DNA from: an uncultured delta proteobacterium
GTDB lineage: Bacteria > Desulfobacterota > Binatia > UBA9968
Direction: 5' to 3'
DNA length: 64,000 bases
NCBI GenBank assembly: GCA_963727625.1
Contig: CAVSHR010000004.1
Span: forward strand, 224,001-288,000
Shown here: piece by piece, positions 51,479 through 61,865 of the stretch
How positions within the stretch are numbered: position 1 is the first letter of the stretch
How the letters are laid out: every line of letters begins with the position of its first letter
Translations under genes and position numbers: made by a program
The notes under the pieces: model-generated
The model's input: only the letters and a program-made list of their open reading frames with translations
What the model was told of the DNA's origin: nothing
Databases searched by the model: none

Positions 51479-54158
51479 TTTGGGGCAGCAAATTTTCGCG
51501 CAGAAATTCACGAATATGTTCGACCCGGACGGCATCCAAGATTTTATCGCCCTGCTCCTCGGTAACGTAAAAGACGTCTGCTACTTGGTCCACGTTGGTG
51601 GAGATTTTGGCGACATGAATCGACAGAGCGAGACGGTGCAGCGCGTAAGCGATCGTAAAAAGAATGCCGATGCGATCTTCCGTGAAGACCTCGATGATTG
51701 TGAAATCATCGGACGCCTCGTTGTCGATATTGACGACGGTGGACACCTTCGGCGCGCGTCGTTGCAGAAACACCGAGGGCTTGGAGGAAGCCACCAGATT
51801 GGCCACATCGATTTTGCCCTCTAAAACGCCTTCAAGCACGATGCGGAACTTCGTCCACTTTTGCTCCACCATCACCAATTCCGGCCGGCCATGATGAGAA
51901 ATTCGAAACACGTCAAGAATCCGACCGTCGCTGGCGGTGAAAATCCGCGCATTAAGAATATCGAGGCGAAGCGAGGTTAAAACGCCGGTGATCGACGCGA
52001 ACAGCCCTGGACGGTCTTCGCAGCACACGATGACCGAGGTGCAGTCGCGCTCGGGATAGTGTTCCACCGACACGGCCGCCTTCTTGCCGCGATTCCGTTC
52101 CATCAGCTCAAAATGACCGGGAATCTCCTCTTCCGGCGTTGCCAGGAAATAGCGCTCGGGCATGGCGTCGAGAAAACTCTCGACTCTTTCTTCTTTATGA
52201 TCTTTGAGCAGCAGCCGACGCACGCGGGCCTGCGTCCTGCGGATCGCGGCGCGCACGTCCTGGCGCTGGAACTCGCCCTTCTCGACCTCTTCCAAGAGAT
52301 TCAAAGCCTTGACGTAAAGCTCGCCCAGCAATGAAGCCTTCCAGGGATTCCAGACATCGGGGCCGACTGCTTTCACGTCGGCGAAGGTCAGCAGAAAAAG
52401 CATCTTCAGATTATTCACGCTGCCCATCGTCTTGGCAAAGTCGAAGATGGTTTTGTCGTCTTCCAAGTCGCGGCGAAACGCCGTGTGGGTCATCAGCAGA
52501 TGATGGCGTACGAGAAATTCGACCAGGGCACCGTCGTCGGCATTGAGGCGCATGCGGTGCGCGATCGGCCGCACCATGCGGGCGCCGATATCGGAGTGGC
52601 CGCCGCCAAAGCCCTTGCCGATATCATGGAACATCAAGCCCAGATAAAGCAGCTCGATCTTTTCCGCCTCGCGGGCAAGCTGAGTCAGCAAGGGCAAACT
52701 TTCAGCATAATCACCGGCGCGCAACCGCTCTATCTCTTTGATCAAACGCAAGGAATGCTGATCAACGGTGTAGATATGATAGGCGTCATGCAGGACCATG
52801 CACAAAAGCCGGCCGAATTCAGGAAGAAAGGCGCCTAGGACGCCGGCGCGGTGCATTTCCAGCAACGTCTCATACACCGATTCCTTCCATTTAAGGATGC
52901 TGAAAAAAGGCAGATTGGCGGCTGCCGAGCGGCGAAACTCATCGTCGACCAGATCAAGGTTTTGGCGCAGCATCTCCCGGGTTTCATGAGCTAATTGGCA
53001 GTTGTACTTCTGCATGTCATCGAAGATCCGGATGAGATTATCGGGACTGCTGCGAAGGACTTCCGGTTTGGTCACTGTCAGGTGGCCCTTTGACAAACGT
53101 ATTCCCTCGCGCAAGTTCCGGCCGAAAACGTAGGATGCGCCGAAGCGTGGCTTGTCGCACTCGGTGACACGGTGAATGATCAGCGACGATAGCCGGCTGA
53201 TCTGCGCCGCATGCAGATAATAGGTGCGCATGAACACTTCGACGGCGCGCAGGCTGCCTTCACGGGCGAAGCCCAGCGCGACGCTGACTTTTTCCTGCTG
53301 CTCAAAGGTCAGCTGGTCTTGATGTTTACCGGTGGAAAAATGCAGTTCGTTGCGTACCCGCAGCAAAAAATCCTGCGAGTCCTTTAGGTGCGCGATGTCG
53401 TCGGTGCCGACGATGCCGGCGAGCGCCAGGGCGTCCAAATCCTTGGCTTTGAGCATGGCTCGAGCGATCCAATGCGCCGTTTGAATATCTCTGAGTCCGC
53501 CCTCGCCTTCCTTCACTTCAGGTTCGAGCAGGTACACCGAGCTGCCGTATTGCTCATGGCGCGCTTGATTCTCGGCGAGCTTCTCGCGGAGAAAACGCTT
53601 GATGCCGTTTTTGAGCAGCCGTGACTCTACCTTTTTCTCGAATTCCTCGTAGAGCGAAAAGTCGCCGCATAAAAAGCGCACATCGAGCAAGGCCGTGCGC
53701 ACCCGCATGTCGCTTTCGGCTAGGCTAATGCAACCGGCCACGCTCCGAGTAGCGTGCCCGACTTGGAATCCGGCGTCCCACAGGGTGTGGAGCAACTGCT
53801 CCGTGAGGGCCTGAACGTCCTGGGACATTTTCCACGGGTAGAGAAACAAAATGTCGATGTCCGAGTGAGGATTCAATTCGCCGCGGCCGTAACCGCCCTG
53901 CGCGATCAAGGCAAACCGCCGGTTAGGCTCGGAGAACTGCTGGCCGCGGTCGGCGCTGATCGCCGTGAACAGATGGCGAATCAAGTGATCGATGACGGTA
54001 GCCCAAGCCGAAGCGACCTCCACGCCGCCGGCCCCCGCGCGGTGTCTTTCAAACAGCAAACGCCTCCCGTCGTAAATATACTTGCGCGCCATCGCCTTAA
54101 GGTTCTGCTCGCGTTGCGCGTCCTTGAGCAAGCCCAGTGAAATCGCTACGGCGTCCAT
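51441..54158 (-). CDS. glnD: [Protein-PII] uridylyltransferase
   Basis: GGYGRGELNPHSDID, KEGEGGLRD, HIYTVDQH, HDIGKG and two ACT domains. Confidence 0.96.
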   Translation of the reverse strand: MDAVAISLGLLKDAQREQNLKAMARKYIYDGRRLLFERHRAGAGGVEVASAWATVIDHLIRHLFTAISADRGQQFSEPNRRFALIAQGGYGRGELNPHSDIDILFLYPWKMSQDVQALTEQLLHTLWDAGFQVGHATRSVAGCISLAESDMRVRTALLDVRFLCGDFSLYEEFEKKVESRLLKNGIKRFLREKLAENQARHEQYGSSVYLLEPEVKEGEGGLRDIQTAHWIARAMLKAKDLDALALAGIVGTDDIAHLKDSQDFLLRVRNELHFSTGKHQDQLTFEQQEKVSVALGFAREGSLRAVEVFMRTYYLHAAQISRLSSLIIHRVTECDKPRFGASYVFGRNLREGIRLSKGHLTVTKPEVLRSSPDNLIRIFDDMQKYNCQLAHETREMLRQNLDLVDDEFRRSAAANLPFFSILKWKESVYETLLEMHRAGVLGAFLPEFGRLLCMVLHDAYHIYTVDQHSLRLIKEIERLRAGDYAESLPLLTQLAREAEKIELLYLGLMFHDIGKGFGGGHSDIGARMVRPIAHRMRLNADDGALVEFLVRHHLLMTHTAFRRDLEDDKTIFDFAKTMGSVNNLKMLFLLTFADVKAVGPDVWNPWKASLLGELYVKALNLLEEVEKGEFQRQDVRAAIRRTQARVRRLLLKDHKEERVESFLDAMPERYFLATPEEEIPGHFELMERNRGKKAAVSVEHYPERDCTSVIVCCEDRPGLFASITGVLTSLRLDILNARIFTASDGRILDVFRISHHGRPELVMVEQKWTKFRIVLEGVLEGKIDVANLVASSKPSVFLQRRAPKVSTVVNIDNEASDDFTIIEVFTEDRIGILFTIAYALHRLALSIHVAKISTNVDQVADVFYVTEEQGDKILDAVRVEHIREFLRENLLPQNDAEERLDQPLH

Positions 54159-54165
54159 AAAGATC

Positions 54166-55452
54166 TTACAGCGTCTTCGCCATCATGTTTGATTGGCCGA
54201 ACTTTTGGATGCCCGAGAAGAGCGATTGCACCAGGGCGTCCTGATAGCTATCCCGGCTCATCGCCCGGCCTTCCTTGCGGTTGGTGATAAAAAACATTTC
54301 CACCAAAACGCTCGGCATGCGCGCACCGACCAATACGTAGAACAGCGCCTTTTTCACGCCCAAATCTTTGGTATCGCCCATGATTTTCGCCATGCCCTCG
54401 ACCAGCCCCCCCTGCAAGCGGTGCGCGAGAGTAATCGAATCTTCCAACTTCATGTTCTGCGTCATGTCGCTCAAGATAAATTGCAAATCGGAAATATTGC
54501 GGCGCGAGGTGCTGTTCTCTCGGGCGGCGAGCCGAATCGCGGCTTCGTCGGTGGTGTTGTCAAGGTAGTAGGTTTCGATTCCCTTGGCTTCTCTATTTGG
54601 GCTGGCATTCATGTGCAGCGAGATGAATAAATCCGCATCCTCGGCATTGGCCGTCGCCGTGCGCTCCTCAAGCGGCACGAAGCGATCGTCGTTGCGGGTC
54701 AAAACCACCTGCACACCCATCTCGTTTCTGAGTTTGCGGGCCAATTTTTTTGCAATCCTGAGCACGATGTCCTTCTCGGCGACGCCGCCGACGCCGATCG
54801 CGCCGGGATCCTTGCCGCCGTGGCCTGGGTCCAGAACAATTTTGCGCAAGCCGTTAACCGGCGGCGCGGGGTCCGACCGTTTCATCGTTGCAAGCGTTGC
54901 TGGACTCGCCGGTAGCGAAACCGCAGCCGCGTCGCTCACCGAGTTTGCCGCAGTCGTATTCTTGTTCTTGCCGAGTATATCGATGACCAGCCGCGACGGA
55001 TTCGGCAACATAAAAGCGTTGTGTGCCAGCAGCTTGTCCATGTCGAGAACGACACGGACAACGTCTGCGCTGTACTGTCCGACGCGAACTTGACGCAACA
55101 GGCCCTTGTCGACCGCGATCGGCTCTTTGAATGCCAACGCCAGTTTCGCCTTTTGCAAGTCGACATAGACGCGCGCCGGCATTCCCATTGCCGGATTTTC
55201 TTTCAATTGGCGCATGTCAAATTGTGTTTCCCGGGAGAGGTCGAGTAAAATGCGCGCGGAGTCTTTGCCCGTCTCGAGTCGAAGCCCGGTGACCTGGGCC
55301 ACGCCGTCGTTCACCGCAGCCGTGCTGTTTTGAGCCAGCGCAGATTGCATGAACTCGGCTACCGGCATCACCGCCAACAACAAAACGCCGGCAAACATCA
55401 GGATCGCGATCTTATGACATTTCATAGGCACTTTTGCCTCCGGGTAAGTCAT
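54166..55452 (-). CDS. N-acetylmuramoyl-L-alanine amidase with AMIN domains (start may be 55425)
   Basis: VLDPGHGGKDPGA, EKD, SLHMNA and PSVLVE motifs. Confidence 0.92.
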   Translation of the reverse strand: MTYPEAKVPMKCHKIAILMFAGVLLLAVMPVAEFMQSALAQNSTAAVNDGVAQVTGLRLETGKDSARILLDLSRETQFDMRQLKENPAMGMPARVYVDLQKAKLALAFKEPIAVDKGLLRQVRVGQYSADVVRVVLDMDKLLAHNAFMLPNPSRLVIDILGKNKNTTAANSVSDAAAVSLPASPATLATMKRSDPAPPVNGLRKIVLDPGHGGKDPGAIGVGGVAEKDIVLRIAKKLARKLRNEMGVQVVLTRNDDRFVPLEERTATANAEDADLFISLHMNASPNREAKGIETYYLDNTTDEAAIRLAARENSTSRRNISDLQFILSDMTQNMKLEDSITLAHRLQGGLVEGMAKIMGDTKDLGVKKALFYVLVGARMPSVLVEMFFITNRKEGRAMSRDSYQDALVQSLFSGIQKFGQSNMMAKTL

Positions 55453-58013
55453 TTCTTAGCTTCTTCAGTCAGACGATGAAGCGCATTGAGAGCTTCGATC
55501 GGCGTCATCGTGGAAACGTCGAGTTGGTTTAATTGGTCGAGCAGACGCGCCTCGGGAAAATCGAATAGGCCTATTTGCGCCGGCGATTCGGGTGCGCCGG
55601 TTGCATCCGCCAAATCGCCGCGGCGGTCCTGGCTGGTTTCCAAGCGCGCGAGAATTTCCTTGGCCCGGGCGATGACCTGTGTCGGCATGCCAGCCAAGCG
55701 CGCGACATGAATGCCGTAACTGTGGCTGGCGGCGCCATCGAGCAAATTGCGCAGGAAGATAATATCGCCGCGCCACTCCTTTACGGCAAAGTGAAAATTT
55801 TTAAGGCGTTCCTTGGTCTCGGCCAAATCGGTAAGCTCGTGATAATGGGTCGCGAACAACGTACGTGGCCGATGCGTCGAGTCATGCAGCGCTTCGGCGA
55901 CCGCCCAGGCGATCGAGATGCCGTCGAAAGTGCTCGTGCCGCGCCCGACTTCATCGAGCAAAATCAAACTACGCCGGGTCGCGTAATGTAAAATATTCGC
56001 GGTCTCTTTCATTTCGACCATAAAAGTCGATTCGCCGCGCGCCAGCGAATCGGCAGCGCCGATACGGGTGAAAATCCGATCGACGACGCCGATGGAAGCG
56101 TCGGCGCAGGGCACGAAGCTGCCCATCTGCGCCAAAATAACCAGCAATGCCACTTGGCGCATGTAAGTCGATTTGCCCGCCATGTTGGGGCCGGTGAGCA
56201 GAATAATTTGTTGGGATTCGGGATCGATGGCGCAGTCGTTGGGCACGAAGGCGCCGCGCCCCACCGCCGCTTCGACCACGGGGTGGCGGCCCTCGATAAT
56301 CGATAGACAACTGCCGCCGTTGACCCTCGGTATGACAAAGTGACCCGCTTCGGCGACTTCCGCCAAAGAGTTTAAAACGTCGATGACTGCCAGAGCATGG
56401 GCGATAGCTTTCAAAGCGGCATAATGGCCGGCGATTTGCACGCGCACCCGGGTCAACAGCGCTGCTTCCAATTTCTCGATCAAGCTCTCCGAGTTGAGCA
56501 CTTTCGCTTCGTACTCTTTGAGCTCCGGAGTGATATAACGCTCGCCGTTGGCTAGAGTTTGCTTGCGTAAGTAATCGTTCGGCACCGACTTGAGATTGGC
56601 TTTGGTCACTTCGATGTAGTAGCCGAACACGCGATTATAACGTACTTTGAGCGAGGAAATACCGGTGCGGCGGCGTTCGCCGAGCTCGAAGGTTTGAATC
56701 CAATCTTTGGCATGGGCGCGCATCCCGCGGATTTCGTCCAGCTCTGCATCGAATCCGGCGCGAATGAAACCGCCGCCTTTAATCACGAATGGCGGATCGT
56801 CGATGATCGCGCGCTCGATCAGGCCGATGACTTCCGGCAGGTCGCTCAAAGCATCCCGCAGATTCAAGAGGATCGGTGACTGAACCCCATTGAGTCGCTG
56901 GCGCAGCTCACCCACCCGGCGCAAAGTTTCTTTGATCGCGACCAGATCTTTGGGCACTGCGGTGCCGGCGACCGCCCGCGCGGCCAGCCGTTCGAGATCC
57001 TGGATTTTGGCCAGTCCTGCGCTGAGCTCTTGACGCAGCGCGTAGCTTTCCACCAACTCCTGGACGCCTTGGTGGCGTCTACGAATTTCCCGCTCGTCGA
57101 TGAGCGGATATAAAAGCCACTGGCGTAAACGGCGCGCGCCCATGGGCGTCAAGGTTCGGTCGAGTATAAACAACAGCGAGCCCTTGCGTGTGCCCCGATA
57201 ACTCGTGACGAGCTCCAAATTGGCGCGCGTGGACTCGTCCAAAACCAGATAATTCGACGCTTCGTAGGAGTCGAGCTCGCGCAACAGCTGAACAGACTCC
57301 GTCGCGTTGGCTTCCAGGTAGTGCAAAATCGCCGAAGCGGCGCGCACACCGTCCGATAGCGTGATCTCGGCAGTCGCCAGTTTGCCGGCTGCAGCAGCGT
57401 CGAAACTCTCGTCCGCAACCGCGGTGTAATGAATCGACGGCTGTTCCTTGTACAGCCGCTCGCGCAGACGCGCGTCCCGTCCGGGCAACAACAGCTCGCT
57501 GGGCTGAATGCGCCCCAGTTCGTCGAGCAGCGCCGCTTCTTCGACGATTTCCGTGCAGCGAAATTCGCCGGTCGTAATGTCGCTGACGGCCAGCCCAAAA
57601 ACGTCTGGCCCTTTGCATAAGGCCGCGAGAAAGTTGTTGCCGCGCGCATCTAGCGCCTCTACGGCGGTCACGGTCCCCGGCGTGATTACCCGCACGACTT
57701 CCCGTTTAACCACACCCTTGGCCATCGCCGGATCTTCGATCTGCTCACAGACCGCGACTTTGTGGCCGGCGTCGAGTAGTTTCTGGATGTAAGGCTCGGC
57801 CGAATGATAGGGCACGCCGCACAGGGGCACTCCGCCATCCTCGCTCTTGTGGCGCGAGGTCAGCGCGATGTCGAGAATTTTCGATGCCGTGTGGGCATCT
57901 TCGAAGAACATTTCGTAAAAATCGCCGAGACGAAAGAACAAGATGGCGTCGCGGTGGCGCTCCTTGATCTGCAGATATTGCTGCATCATCGGGGTGATTT
58001 TGGCCGCTTCCAT
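55449..58013 (-). CDS. mutS: DNA mismatch repair protein MutS
   Basis: TPMMQQY, GDFYEMF, TGPNMAGKST, STFMVEM and DEVGRGTST motifs. Confidence 0.97.
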   Translation of the reverse strand: MEAAKITPMMQQYLQIKERHRDAILFFRLGDFYEMFFEDAHTASKILDIALTSRHKSEDGGVPLCGVPYHSAEPYIQKLLDAGHKVAVCEQIEDPAMAKGVVKREVVRVITPGTVTAVEALDARGNNFLAALCKGPDVFGLAVSDITTGEFRCTEIVEEAALLDELGRIQPSELLLPGRDARLRERLYKEQPSIHYTAVADESFDAAAAGKLATAEITLSDGVRAASAILHYLEANATESVQLLRELDSYEASNYLVLDESTRANLELVTSYRGTRKGSLLFILDRTLTPMGARRLRQWLLYPLIDEREIRRRHQGVQELVESYALRQELSAGLAKIQDLERLAARAVAGTAVPKDLVAIKETLRRVGELRQRLNGVQSPILLNLRDALSDLPEVIGLIERAIIDDPPFVIKGGGFIRAGFDAELDEIRGMRAHAKDWIQTFELGERRRTGISSLKVRYNRVFGYYIEVTKANLKSVPNDYLRKQTLANGERYITPELKEYEAKVLNSESLIEKLEAALLTRVRVQIAGHYAALKAIAHALAVIDVLNSLAEVAEAGHFVIPRVNGGSCLSIIEGRHPVVEAAVGRGAFVPNDCAIDPESQQIILLTGPNMAGKSTYMRQVALLVILAQMGSFVPCADASIGVVDRIFTRIGAADSLARGESTFMVEMKETANILHYATRRSLILLDEVGRGTSTFDGISIAWAVAEALHDSTHRPRTLFATHYHELTDLAETKERLKNFHFAVKEWRGDIIFLRNLLDGAASHSYGIHVARLAGMPTQVIARAKEILARLETSQDRRGDLADATGAPESPAQIGLFDFPEARLLDQLNQLDVSTMTPIEALNALHRLTEEAKK

Positions 58014-58020
58014 CTTGAGC

Positions 58021-58497
58021 TTATGCCGAGCCGCTGGGTTTTTCCTCGAAGCGCTGCGGGCGCCGGCGCCGGCGCAAACTGAGCATGGCGCGCTTGGCCT
58101 CGATATCCAGCTCACGCACCAAGCTGCCGATGCCGAGTGACAAGACGAATTGGCGCTTCATCGCGTCGAGAATCTTTTGCCGGTCGTTGGTAAGCACGAA
58201 CAGTTCTTCGCCGTCGGTCAAATATCGCAGAGACTCGACCGGCCGCACCGTGCTCGAAGTATTTTTCTTGAGCGGCCGCAGGCAGCGGCGGATCATCTGC
58301 AAACTGAAGCCATGATGGGCGAGATCTTTGACAACCTTGAGGCAGACCAGATCGTTAAACGAGTAAAGTCGCCGGGTGCCCCGTCCCTCTGCGAGCTTGA
58401 CCGACGGCCGGATAAAGTCTTGCTCGTCCCAATATTGCAACTGGCGCAAACTCACTCCGACGATCCGGCTCGCCGTCTTGCTATCGTAGGTTTCCAT
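58021..58497 (-). CDS. MerR-family HTH regulator
   Basis: VSLRQLQYWDEQDFIRPS...RRLYSFNDL. Confidence 0.88.
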   Translation of the reverse strand: METYDSKTASRIVGVSLRQLQYWDEQDFIRPSVKLAEGRGTRRLYSFNDLVCLKVVKDLAHHGFSLQMIRRCLRPLKKNTSSTVRPVESLRYLTDGEELFVLTNDRQKILDAMKRQFVLSLGIGSLVRELDIEAKRAMLSLRRRRRPQRFEEKPSGSA

Positions 58498-58606
58498 GAC
58501 GATCTCTTCGTGAAATGAAAACAAGGATGTTTTCATGAGGGTAGACCGCAGGGCCGGAATTGTCAATGAAACCTCTATTGACCGCTAACTGCGGTTATGG
58601 TGAAGA

Positions 58607-59422
58607 ATGTTTATGGCGCTTCCGGAAAATCTCTTGGTCGGTACGTCGAGTTGGTCAAGCAGCGATTGGCTCGGGCCGTTCTATTCTCCCAATCTCAAAC
58701 CGGGACAGTTCATCGAAGCCTATGCGCGCCGCTTCCGTGCCGTCGAGATCGATTCGACTTATTACAGCATTCCGTCGCCCCATGTGGTAACGAGTTGGCG
58801 GGAAAAAACACCGCAGGGCTTTGTCTTTACGGCGAAAATTCCCGGCGTGATCACCCATGAAAAAGTCCTTAAAGACTGCCAGGCCGAGTTTACGACTTTC
58901 CTGAAAAACATTGAATTGCTCGGGGATCGGCTCGGGCCGTTGCTTTTGCAGTTCCCCTACTTCAATCGTAAAGTCTTCCCGTCACGTGAACCTTTCGAAA
59001 GGCTGCTCAAACCGTTTCTTCAAGCATTACCAAAGGACTTTAAATTCGCCCTGGAGATCCGTAATAAAAATTGGCTTAGCTGGGATTTTCTCGAGCTTTT
59101 GCGCGACCACTCCGTGGCCTTTGCATGGGTGGCCCAGGCGTGGATGCCGCGCATCGATACCCTCGCCAAAGCGCTGGATTTGTTGACCGCCGACTTCGCC
59201 TACGTGCGCTTTATCGGCGACCGCAAGGGCATCGAAGCAAAGACAAACAAATGGGACAGGCTGATCGAAGACAAGTCTCCCGAAATGGCGGTGTGGATCA
59301 ACGAGCTTAAAAAAATCGTCAACAAGGGAGTCAAAACTTACGCGTTCTTCAACAATCACTACGCTGGTTTCGCTCCAGGCTCGGTCAAGCAGTTTGAAGA
59401 TCTGTGGGATAAGGTTGCCTAG
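58607..59422 (+). CDS. DUF72 protein
   Basis: GTSSWS, VEIDSTYY, LLQFP, YVRF and FFNNHY motifs. Confidence 0.92.
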   Translation: MFMALPENLLVGTSSWSSSDWLGPFYSPNLKPGQFIEAYARRFRAVEIDSTYYSIPSPHVVTSWREKTPQGFVFTAKIPGVITHEKVLKDCQAEFTTFLKNIELLGDRLGPLLLQFPYFNRKVFPSREPFERLLKPFLQALPKDFKFALEIRNKNWLSWDFLELLRDHSVAFAWVAQAWMPRIDTLAKALDLLTADFAYVRFIGDRKGIEAKTNKWDRLIEDKSPEMAVWINELKKIVNKGVKTYAFFNNHYAGFAPGSVKQFEDLWDKVA

Positions 59423-59511
59423 GCGAATTTTTACTTGACCCGCGGTTGGGCATCGACGTATGTTTTGAGCCGATGGTTCGAGAAAAATAACTCTTGCCAC
59501 GGAGGTGATCC

Positions 59512-60489
59512 ATGACAAGCAACGAGACAAGCGATCGCGCGCTGCATCTGGCGACCCATTCCGGCTGGTACCGCTTCGAACGGCGCGGCGAGAATTGGGA
59601 ACAAGTCGACCGCGCGTTGACTTACTGGCAGATGAGCTGCATTCAGGTCGATCCTGACGATCCCACGCGCGTCTACATCGGCACGGAACACTCCGGCATG
59701 TTCGTCACCAACGACGGCGGCAAGGATTGGACGCGGGCAAACCCCAACGTGCCATGCCTGACGATGTCGTCAATGTTGGCCCTTTCCGGAAAAATCATGG
59801 TCGGCACCATGCCGGCAGCATTGTATGTCACATCGGAAGGAGGCTCATGGCAGGAAATCAAAGGCGTCCGCCAAGGCGCCATCGGCGGGAGTTTTCCGCC
59901 GAATCCCGACTTTGCGCCGCGCACGCGGGTGCTGGCTCGTGAGAAAACAACCGGTGGACGGCTCTTCGCCGGCATCGAAGTCGGCGGTATCCTGGTCAGC
60001 GACGACGAGGGACAAAACTGGTCCATGGCAAACGATGGGTTGACCGATCCCGATATTCACCGAATCTTGCCGTCGAAACAGAAAAGCGGGCTGGTCGTCA
60101 CCGCTTGCGGAGAAGGCGTCTCGCGCAGCACGGATCGCGGCTCCCTCTGGCAAACAGTAACCCCGGCAGGCGGTAGGACTTACGGCAATGCGCTTGCGGA
60201 AGACGACAACGGCAACATTTATTTGGGTATCACCCAGGATCGACCGCGTACCTGGACACGCTCGGGACGCGCACGCACGGCGATTTTCAAATCCAACGAC
60301 GGCGCCAACTGGCAGTTTTTGACCGAGAAATTGAGCGGCGGAGTGATGGACATCTGTAGCGCCGCAGCGGGTAATGGGGTGCTGATCTCAACTGCTGACG
60401 GTGAAGTAGTCAGTGTCGATCCGTCGGGCGAAACCCGCATCCTTATCCGCGGGCTGCCATGCATCACCGCGATCGCGCTCGGAGCCTAA
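59512..60489 (+). CDS. BNR/Asp-box beta-propeller protein
   Basis: Repeated TNDGGKDW / SDDEGQNW / STDRGSLW / SNDGANW boxes; GIEVGG. Confidence 0.85.
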   Translation: MTSNETSDRALHLATHSGWYRFERRGENWEQVDRALTYWQMSCIQVDPDDPTRVYIGTEHSGMFVTNDGGKDWTRANPNVPCLTMSSMLALSGKIMVGTMPAALYVTSEGGSWQEIKGVRQGAIGGSFPPNPDFAPRTRVLAREKTTGGRLFAGIEVGGILVSDDEGQNWSMANDGLTDPDIHRILPSKQKSGLVVTACGEGVSRSTDRGSLWQTVTPAGGRTYGNALAEDDNGNIYLGITQDRPRTWTRSGRARTAIFKSNDGANWQFLTEKLSGGVMDICSAAAGNGVLISTADGEVVSVDPSGETRILIRGLPCITAIALGA

Positions 60490-60572
60490 GACAATCTGGC
60501 GCTGGGAGTTTTGTATCTCGCGTCCCCGACCTAAACTCTAGACTCTGGACGCAGGCCCCAAACTACTGCCGC

Positions 60573-61052
60573 CTACTGGGTAGGCAGGCGCTGATATTTT
60601 CCCTTGAAAAAAAGCAGTGGCCGGTCGCCGGTGGCGCTGGCGTTGACGATCTCGCCGACCACGATGGTGTGGTCACCGCCGTCGTAACACTGGGTGATTT
60701 TACATTCCACATGGGCTAGCGCGCCGTCGAGGATCGCCGCGCCGTTGCTGCCGGCGCGCCAGCGAAGATCGGCGAATTTGTCGATGCCTTTGGTCGCAAA
60801 GCGTCGCGAGATCTCTTCCTGGTCTTCACTCAGAAAATTGACAGTGAAGCCGTTTTCCAATTCAAAGCAAGCGTAACAAGTAGCGCCCTTATCGACGCTG
60901 ATCAGAACCAGCGGCGGATTGAGCGACAGGGACATAAACGCATTGGCCGTGAGCCCGTTGGGGTTGCTGTCTTTGTCCTTGGTGGTGATTACGGTGACGC
61001 CGGTGGCGAAATGGCCCATCACCCGGCGCAGCTCTTGCGGTTCCAGTGGCAT
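60573..61052 (-). CDS. Flavin reductase family protein
   Basis: RRVMGHFATGVTVIT, SLSLNPPL and GGDHTIVVG motifs. Confidence 0.93.
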   Translation of the reverse strand: MPLEPQELRRVMGHFATGVTVITTKDKDSNPNGLTANAFMSLSLNPPLVLISVDKGATCYACFELENGFTVNFLSEDQEEISRRFATKGIDKFADLRWRAGSNGAAILDGALAHVECKITQCYDGGDHTIVVGEIVNASATGDRPLLFFKGKYQRLPTQ

Positions 61053-61197
61053 GGTCTTTCTCGATCTAATCAAAGTTTTTCCAACAGGTACCAGAGCCCG
61101 CCTCGGGATGTCAATCACCTCGCCATTTTTGCCCTCGCCCTAGACGAGCGCGCGCGGAAAATGCTAAAGATTGTCGTAACGAAGGGAGGAATCTTCA

Positions 61198-61752
61198 ATG
61201 GCTGTACAAGAACACAAAGCGGATAATTCTTTTGACCGTTATATCGCCGAAGTCAGGGCCGCCTGGGGCGACGGCAAAGATCCTCAGTTGCCCTTTAAAG
61301 TGGCGGCGCTGATGGAAAAACTATTCAATTCGACCAGCCCGGATGATCCCTGGATGGCCGAGCTGATTCGCGACGGCAAACCCTCGCGCGAGCTCTATCG
61401 CGATCCCGAATTGGGATTTATTCAGATGGGCCATATCCACAAGCAGGGCCACGGCAACAAACCCCATGATCACGGCCCCTGCTGGGTGGTGTACGGCTCT
61501 TTCAAAGGCGTCACCGAGATCACCAAATACAAACGCACCGATGACGGCTCGCGGGAAGGCGTGGCCAAGTTGGAAAAGGAACGCCTCGATCGTCTGTCGC
61601 CCGGTGTCGTAGTGCCTTACCTCCCCGGCGATATTCACTCCACCAACGCCGTCGAAGGCCCCGGCGTAGTGTTTCGTTTCCTAAGTTACGATCTGGATAA
61701 GATCGACCGCTATCGCTACAACATGGAAAAAAGCACAGTCGTAAAGGTCTAG
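61198..61752 (+). CDS. Cupin, thiol-dioxygenase (CDO-like) fold
   Basis: PHDHG..W..YG...G.TE and GDIH motifs. Confidence 0.7.
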   Translation: MAVQEHKADNSFDRYIAEVRAAWGDGKDPQLPFKVAALMEKLFNSTSPDDPWMAELIRDGKPSRELYRDPELGFIQMGHIHKQGHGNKPHDHGPCWVVYGSFKGVTEITKYKRTDDGSREGVAKLEKERLDRLSPGVVVPYLPGDIHSTNAVEGPGVVFRFLSYDLDKIDRYRYNMEKSTVVKV

Positions 61753-61865
61753 CTTCTCAAGGATGAAGGCAAAAGGATAAAGGACGAAATGAATGACGCG
61801 GGTACACGTGCTCATGCTTATCCTTTTGCCATCTTCCGTCATCCATTTATTCAAAGAGGTCGCTG

